Source: Limisphaerales bacterium
GTDB taxonomy: Bacteria; Verrucomicrobiota; Verrucomicrobiia; Limisphaerales; JAJOIW01
NCBI GenBank assembly: GCA_965657355.1
Contig: CBFHOE010000007.1
Location: forward strand, 96,001-160,000
Reading direction: 5' to 3'
DNA length: 64,000 nt
Shown in pieces: positions 58,563 through 64,000 of the stretch. Below the pieces are notes generated by a model. That model had not been told where the DNA came from and did no database searches. It was given only the letters and a program-made list of their open reading frames with translations. Position 1 is the first letter of the stretch. Every line of letters begins with the position of its first letter. Both the position numbers and the translations under genes were made by a program.

Positions 58563-60065
58563 TTAAAGTCTTTTTGGATTAACTGGGACGTTCGGATTTG
58601 AGCCAAGAGCTTTTTTATTTAATATCTTTTTAAGATCCTCTATCACCTTTTTAATTTGTTTCGACATCGGAGAAATTACTGCCAGATTTTGAAATTCACC
58701 ACGGTCATTAAGGTGGTCATATAGTTCAACCCCCTCTTGTCCGGAATTCCAATCGGTATACCGCCATCGAGCTGTTCGGATAGACCGACCCATTACGGGT
58801 CTGGCGAGCCTGGAATCAGAGGGGCGTAGAATTTGAGTCACTGCAAAGCCATCCCACAGGGACATAGGGTTAGAAATTAAAGGTTTCAAACTTCTTCCCT
58901 CTAGGTGCGCTGGCATCGGTAATCCGGCTAAATCTACAACCGTAGGGTAAATATCGATGAATTCTACTACCCTTCGGCATATTTGCCCATTTGCTTTTAC
59001 TCCTGGCATGGAAATGATAAGCGGACTTCTTGCAGATTCTTCAAATAAAGTTCTTTTTTGCCATATCCCCATATGCTCTCCCAAGTGATAACCGTGATCG
59101 CTCCAGAAAACTATAAGAGTTTTGTCGCTGAGACCCGATTTTTCTAATGCATCAATCAAGCGTCCAATTTGTGCATCAATAAATGTAACACAGGCGTAGT
59201 ATGCTTGTATGGCTTTCCTTAAAACTTTTTCATCAAGATTATAATTCGGCAATGGACAATTGTGAGCGAACGCAGCTAGTGGAATGTCCTTCCTGTCGCC
59301 TGTCGGGGCCCACGGCAATCTTATTTCATTCAGCGGATAAAGGTCGAAATATTTTTTCGGTGCGACATAAGGTGTATGAGGTCTAAAGAAACCTACCCCA
59401 AGAAAAAATGATTCCTCTTTAAACTTTTCTATAAGCCCGATGGCCTCTGAGGTGACCATGCCATCGGTTTGTTCTTTGTCAGTACCATCGGCGGCCAACC
59501 AGCTCAAAGCAGCACTAATTTTCCTGTGAGGCTCAGCATTAAAAATTAATTTTTCTTCCTCTTTGTCTCTTCCTTTAGGATTGATAGTAAACTGCCAGGA
59601 TTTGGGATCATCAAATCCGTCAGAGCCTATAGATGCTGGGACGTTATAATGATATATTTTACCTACTCTTCCCGTGACATAACCTTGTTCCATAAAAACT
59701 TGAGAAAGTGTTTTTACATTTGGTTTGTCCTCCCGGAAATGCCTATCCAAATCATAAACTCCGATGGTATCTGGTCTGAGTCCTGTCATGACAGACGCCC
59801 GGGAGGGATTGCAGAGTGGAATCTGGTTGTAGGCTCTATCAAAAAGAATTCCTTGGGATGCCAGGCGATCTAAGTTGGGAGTTTGCACCCATGGATTGCC
59901 CTGACAAGACAGCACGTTACCTAAATCATCCGCGGCAATAAAAAGGACATTGAGTTTATCTGAACTCTGCATTTTTTGTAAACCGCCTAATCCGTAGGCA
60001 GGACCAATGACCAGTGCTAGCAAAGTCAACACTGCCAATATGGTTTTCTCGGAAAATCTATCCAT
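58563..60065 (-). CDS. Formylglycine-dependent (S1) sulfatase, iduronate-2-sulfatase-like subfamily
   Basis: [42 protein letters not shown]. Confidence 0.92.
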   Translation of the reverse strand: MDRFSEKTILAVLTLLALVIGPAYGLGGLQKMQSSDKLNVLFIAADDLGNVLSCQGNPWVQTPNLDRLASQGILFDRAYNQIPLCNPSRASVMTGLRPDTIGVYDLDRHFREDKPNVKTLSQVFMEQGYVTGRVGKIYHYNVPASIGSDGFDDPKSWQFTINPKGRDKEEEKLIFNAEPHRKISAALSWLAADGTDKEQTDGMVTSEAIGLIEKFKEESFFLGVGFFRPHTPYVAPKKYFDLYPLNEIRLPWAPTGDRKDIPLAAFAHNCPLPNYNLDEKVLRKAIQAYYACVTFIDAQIGRLIDALEKSGLSDKTLIVFWSDHGYHLGEHMGIWQKRTLFEESARSPLIISMPGVKANGQICRRVVEFIDIYPTVVDLAGLPMPAHLEGRSLKPLISNPMSLWDGFAVTQILRPSDSRLARPVMGRSIRTARWRYTDWNSGQEGVELYDHLNDRGEFQNLAVISPMSKQIKKVIEDLKKILNKKALGSNPNVPVNPKRL

Positions 60066-60276
60066 CTTCTTAGTTAATCTGGAAATGGCTTATATGGTAA
60101 TTTTATATAACTCATATTCGAACTCAAACCCAAACTCAATTCCGGGTAATAACCATGTTCATTGGTTGATTTTGTAAGTGAGTGGCGACAAAGAGCCAGG
60201 TTAAATACATGTCGATTTAACAAAAAAAATACAATTATTGAGGATCAAAAAAATGAAGAAGAGTGCTGCGATATAC

Positions 60277-60296
60277 GTTGACACCATGGCGTCAGC
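60277..60296. promoter_or_regulatory. Near-perfect palindrome upstream of the sulfatase gene run
   Basis: GT-TGACACCATGGCGTCA-GC; the 16-bp core has one mismatched pair. Confidence 0.35.
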
Positions 60297-60618
60297 GACA
60301 TTAAGTCACACAAGGTTAATGAAAACTTAGTTAGTTCCCAGTTTCCAGAAACACAAATTTTTGAACATCTAAGCAAAGAATATTCTGGTTAACATTTGTG
60401 TCTCTATGGAGGGTATAAGACAGGCGCATTTGGCGCACGTCTACCAGACAACGGACCTTTGCCACAGCAAAAATAATGGTAATTTGTGTAATAACTCATC
60501 ACAGGCCATTGACCTGCCGCATGAAAAATAATGAAGAATAGCCTCTCGAGCCCTCCTCGGTATTGAGTGGTATCTCGATAGGGCATTTTCATTGGGGAAA
60601 AATATCTAGAATTTGGAT

Positions 60619-61134
60619 TTAATCCATAAAGAGCTTTTTAGGGAAAACAAAAGAATCGAGTTCACATTTGAAGCGACTTAATGAGCTCCAGTCATTGATA
60701 GGAGCTCTGAGACGAACAATAGAGAAAGTAGGAAAATTTCGTATATTCGAATTTTCTGACATTTGCATGGCCGCAAGGTGTATTCCGGGGTTGTGAGCTA
60801 ATATAGCAATTGAAGAAATTTCGTCTGATTGAGCCTCGAGAATATCAATAATTTCGTCTGAACTTGCCAGGTATAGGTCATTTTTGAATGTCAGATGTTG
60901 ATCGTTAGCCCATCCGCTCTTGACCAGGTAGGCTGCTGTCGATTTAGTCCTTTGACTATCACTAGAAAGGACGAGATCTGGCTTGGAAAAGTGATCGCAA
61001 CAATATTGGGCCATGCGTGGGCCATCGCGCCGGCCACGCTCATTTAAATCTCTTTCCCAATCTGACATACCTGCTCTATCCCAAGATGATTTGGCGTGCC
61101 TGATTAGGTATATTATCTTTTCTTTCGAAATCAT
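60619..61134 (-). CDS. sixA: Phosphohistidine phosphatase SixA family
   Basis: LIRHAKSSW, R.LN.RG, SSDSQRT, LYLAS, AHNPG; ATG 61134 preferred. Confidence 0.85.
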   Translation of the reverse strand: MISKEKIIYLIRHAKSSWDRAGMSDWERDLNERGRRDGPRMAQYCCDHFSKPDLVLSSDSQRTKSTAAYLVKSGWANDQHLTFKNDLYLASSDEIIDILEAQSDEISSIAILAHNPGIHLAAMQMSENSNIRNFPTFSIVRLRAPINDWSSLSRFKCELDSFVFPKKLFMD

Positions 61135-61256
61135 TTCAGCTTGCAATGAGATCAGATTTTTTTTGCGGCCATTTGTTTATCGCATTGGGAAATAAATTCA
61201 AGCAGTATTTCTATTTCTGGTCCTTTTAGGAAGAAAAAATCGATAGATCATTGTAT

Positions 61257-63998
61257 CTATGTCGTCAGGGTTTTTGAGCCTCTTTTTATTATCCATCCCG
61301 AAAAGATAAAGAAGATTGATGAGGCCATAATAGCGATAAGAGTAACCGCGACTGTCTTATTCCAGGAATACCCTTCATTGTCCCTTCTTATTTTGATTTC
61401 GACTGCCAAAGGTTTATTGATCTCAACTAGGTGAGATCTTCTAAGTTGCCAGGATTTACCCATCGCAGGGAATGTCGCGTATATCGAAGCCGGGCGCGCA
61501 ATAGCAGCTTCTTGCTGGCGGACGAGCCTTTCGGCCAATCGCTCAATTGCCTGCCTATCCTCTTCGCTTGTAGCCTCCATAAGTTGATCAATTTGATTCT
61601 GGGTAAGGCTATTGTAATCCACCTGAGGCGATGCGACAGTATTGTTAAAATAAACATTATTGAGGCGGGCATTCAATGCGATGTTAGCTTGCTGGTTTCT
61701 GATATTCTGAAACTGAACTCGGGCATCTTCATTAAAGGTTGGATCGGACTGGGAGAAATTAATAGCGTCTTCAAAGGCTCTTTGCGCCTTATAATTATCA
61801 CCCGATATAAGCATCTCATTTCCTGTATTTAACAATTGGATCGCTTTCCTATTTTGTTCCTTCATAAACTGCCCCTCGTTATCGATATAACTTGAGAGTT
61901 TTTTAAGATCCAAGCCTTTGGCATTCATTTGTGTTTGAACTTCAATAAGGTCTAAATTTCCATCAGCCTCGATAATCTCCATATCTTTAGGAAGGAATAC
62001 TTGCCATTTAATCTGTTCTAATGGCAGGTTGAAACCGGGTCCATAAAGATCAAATGTGCCACCTTTAATTTCTGCTCCAGCAAACCGAGAAGAATAAATA
62101 AACTTACAAACCGAATCCATTTGTTCACCCGGATTCTTTTCAATCGGCAGAAGTAGTTTCTCTCCGTCTTTCCATGGCCAGATCGATTTGTCATTGATGT
62201 AGCCGAGCCAGAATTTCGATTGAGCTGGCAGCTTCACAGTGAGCTGCCTTTCCTCACCAGGGTCGAGCCGGAGTTCAACTAAAGTCAACATTTCTCCGCC
62301 AGAGGACATGACTGACATAAGTTTGGTGGAAAGGATTCTGGCTGGCAGGACTTTCTCAACTTCATTACGAAGGACTTGAAGATTTAGCGATGCTGTATCG
62401 TTTACTTTTCTAAGCACACGAACAAACCCATCAGGGTTTCCTTTTTGCCCACGCAAGTTACCGGGTATAGATGCCCAATCGGCAGGCTGAAACCCTTGAT
62501 TTTCCTCAACGCTCTCAACTCTTAGGCGACCTTCAGATTTGTAGGAAACCCAGACCTTGAATAAGTTTTGGTTATAAATTTCCACAATATCCAGGGGCCA
62601 TTGATCCACAGTTGATAATATTGGCTGCTGGTATCTAATTTTAAGTGGCACCTGTCCTATAAGTCGTCTTTCAAATCGAATATCCCATGTTGTTTTGCCT
62701 CCTGCTGACTGATTAGACTTAACAAAATCAACGATATTTTTGCCTTCGATATCCACACTTTCAGCATTATCTGGCAACCCTACCTGTAAGGAATCAACAC
62801 CGGCATTTTCGATAGTCACAACGACATCAGAGCCGGTTTTCACAAGGCCTTCTCTGAAAGTCACTTTTTGAAGCAATACTGATTGCAGCCAGGCGTTGTC
62901 TTTTTCAACACTAAATGACAAATCCCAATCTTTTTGCAATAAATTGAATACTAAAGCTCCTTTTTGAGAAACGCCTACAGAGGAAGCATCTTGTTGGAGC
63001 ACTCCCGACTGACTTTCGGGATATAATCTCACACCTAATTCGGGTGTGATAATCAATGTTCCTGTTTGTTTTGTTGTTTCGTCGAACTGTATCGACGGAG
63101 CTGATAAGTTGGTTGCATCTAACATGCCTTGACCGACTAAATTCATTTGGATTTGAGAAGTCCCGAGAGTCTTTGCAACAAGGTGGACAGTAATTACCTC
63201 CTCATCCTGGACCAAATTTTGCGTCCAGTGACTCACATACTGCCCTGTCAATGATTCCATTTCCAATCCCTTTGGAAGTGGGAATTGCAATTTAAAAATC
63301 CCAGAACGGGCCACTGAGATATTTATTTGAACAGCCAAAAGTGTTCGATCTTCCCCCAGAGAAAGAGTCATTCGCGTATCCGCTCTGACATCCGGCTCGA
63401 TTGGTGAAACAGAAAGGTCTAATGATCCTTCCTGGCCGGAGTATTGATAAGCTCTGCGCAACGTTGATTGAGGAAATGACATCTTTCCGAAATCCGGAAA
63501 TTGATAATCTTCTAAACTGAGTGTCGCCATCCCTGATGCCTCGACACTGTCTAACTGAACCTCGTTTGGGGCTGATACTCCAACATTTCCTAATTCGCTG
63601 GCAGCACCTGGCAAGTGCACGAGGCCCACCTCTTTGTCGTATGGAAGCGTACCTGATCCTGATTGACTCAAAAATACAATCGAAAAAACTCCAGTCTGGG
63701 GATTTAGCAAATCAACGGTGAACTTGCGCGTATCTGGATCAAACCTCCAAGATTTGACATTTGCAGATGGTACGTCGACGATGGTTAGGGTTTTATCAAC
63801 GTCAAAAACAAGCTGGCTCACTACACCCTGAGCCGGTCGAACCGTCGCCATATGCCTTCCATCAATTACTCCTGAAGAAGGAACAAATAAATGCTTGAGC
63901 TCGGCGAAATACACAGCTTTCTCAGAGCGAGCATCTCGCCTTCTTGGCTGCCAAGACAACCTTGGGTTTTCTTGAGGGCTCAAGACAAGATTGTATTG
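61257..63998 (-). CDS. Large hypothetical multi-beta-sandwich protein with C-terminal TM anchor, 5'-partial
   Basis: Frame open to the window edge; repeated beta-rich domains, a TPR-like helical segment, hydrophobic C-terminus followed by KR. Confidence 0.75.
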   Translation of the reverse strand, partial: QYNLVLSPQENPRLSWQPRRRDARSEKAVYFAELKHLFVPSSGVIDGRHMATVRPAQGVVSQLVFDVDKTLTIVDVPSANVKSWRFDPDTRKFTVDLLNPQTGVFSIVFLSQSGSGTLPYDKEVGLVHLPGAASELGNVGVSAPNEVQLDSVEASGMATLSLEDYQFPDFGKMSFPQSTLRRAYQYSGQEGSLDLSVSPIEPDVRADTRMTLSLGEDRTLLAVQINISVARSGIFKLQFPLPKGLEMESLTGQYVSHWTQNLVQDEEVITVHLVAKTLGTSQIQMNLVGQGMLDATNLSAPSIQFDETTKQTGTLIITPELGVRLYPESQSGVLQQDASSVGVSQKGALVFNLLQKDWDLSFSVEKDNAWLQSVLLQKVTFREGLVKTGSDVVVTIENAGVDSLQVGLPDNAESVDIEGKNIVDFVKSNQSAGGKTTWDIRFERRLIGQVPLKIRYQQPILSTVDQWPLDIVEIYNQNLFKVWVSYKSEGRLRVESVEENQGFQPADWASIPGNLRGQKGNPDGFVRVLRKVNDTASLNLQVLRNEVEKVLPARILSTKLMSVMSSGGEMLTLVELRLDPGEERQLTVKLPAQSKFWLGYINDKSIWPWKDGEKLLLPIEKNPGEQMDSVCKFIYSSRFAGAEIKGGTFDLYGPGFNLPLEQIKWQVFLPKDMEIIEADGNLDLIEVQTQMNAKGLDLKKLSSYIDNEGQFMKEQNRKAIQLLNTGNEMLISGDNYKAQRAFEDAINFSQSDPTFNEDARVQFQNIRNQQANIALNARLNNVYFNNTVASPQVDYNSLTQNQIDQLMEATSEEDRQAIERLAERLVRQQEAAIARPASIYATFPAMGKSWQLRRSHLVEINKPLAVEIKIRRDNEGYSWNKTVAVTLIAIMASSIFFIFSGWIIKRGSKTLTT

Positions 63999-64000
63999 GA

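Noticed and set aside
904..63721. Many 60-150 aa ORFs antisense to or nested in long genes (e.g. 2561, 10368, 17975, 28333, 51188, 61431)
   Set aside because: Shadow frames of well-supported genes with no motifs of their own
1..64000. tRNA, rRNA, tmRNA, CRISPR, IS, prophage or defence genes
   Set aside because: No cloverleaf or T-loop in intergenic gaps, no spaced direct repeats, and no transposase, integrase, reverse transcriptase or nuclease motifs seen by eye; a covariance-model scan was not possible

Overview
AT-rich bacterial chromosome segment, most likely from a PVC-superphylum organism (Verrucomicrobiota-like, possibly marine). The evidence is four PVC-type heme-c/beta-propeller proteins, a DUF1501 plus DUF1549/DUF1553 cytochrome pair, an H-X9-DG-type prepilin-like protein, three sulfatases and a Planctomycetes/Verrucomicrobia-type (PVM) microcompartment locus. 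Layout: 1-23.5 kb is housekeeping and envelope genes (partial ilvD, GT4, GT2, pdxH, a plant-like leuD, a DedA plus flavin-disulfide reductase pair, and a ydbH-ynbE-ydbL-like operon). 23.8-32.4 kb is the bacterial microcompartment (BMC) operon: PduL, 3 BMC-H, 3 BMC-P, an acetate-kinase-family enzyme, aldehyde dehydrogenase, class II aldolase and a divergent DeoR regulator. Its last gene is an uncharacterised class I aldolase-like TIM barrel, not the lactate/malate-dehydrogenase-like gene of the described PVM locus. 32.4-60 kb is mostly exported carbohydrate-modifying and redox proteins (heme-c dehydrogenase-like proteins, two SASA-family esterases, three sulfatases, DUF1080, ASPIC/UnbV, SulP) with no recognisable glycoside hydrolase. 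The window ends with sixA and a large partial gene. The best candidate for an undescribed system is a two-aldolase BMC variant, possibly fed by an oxidative, GH-independent route for sulfated or acetylated sugars. I found no rRNA, tRNA, CRISPR array or mobile element. All family calls come from motif recognition by eye, not database searches.
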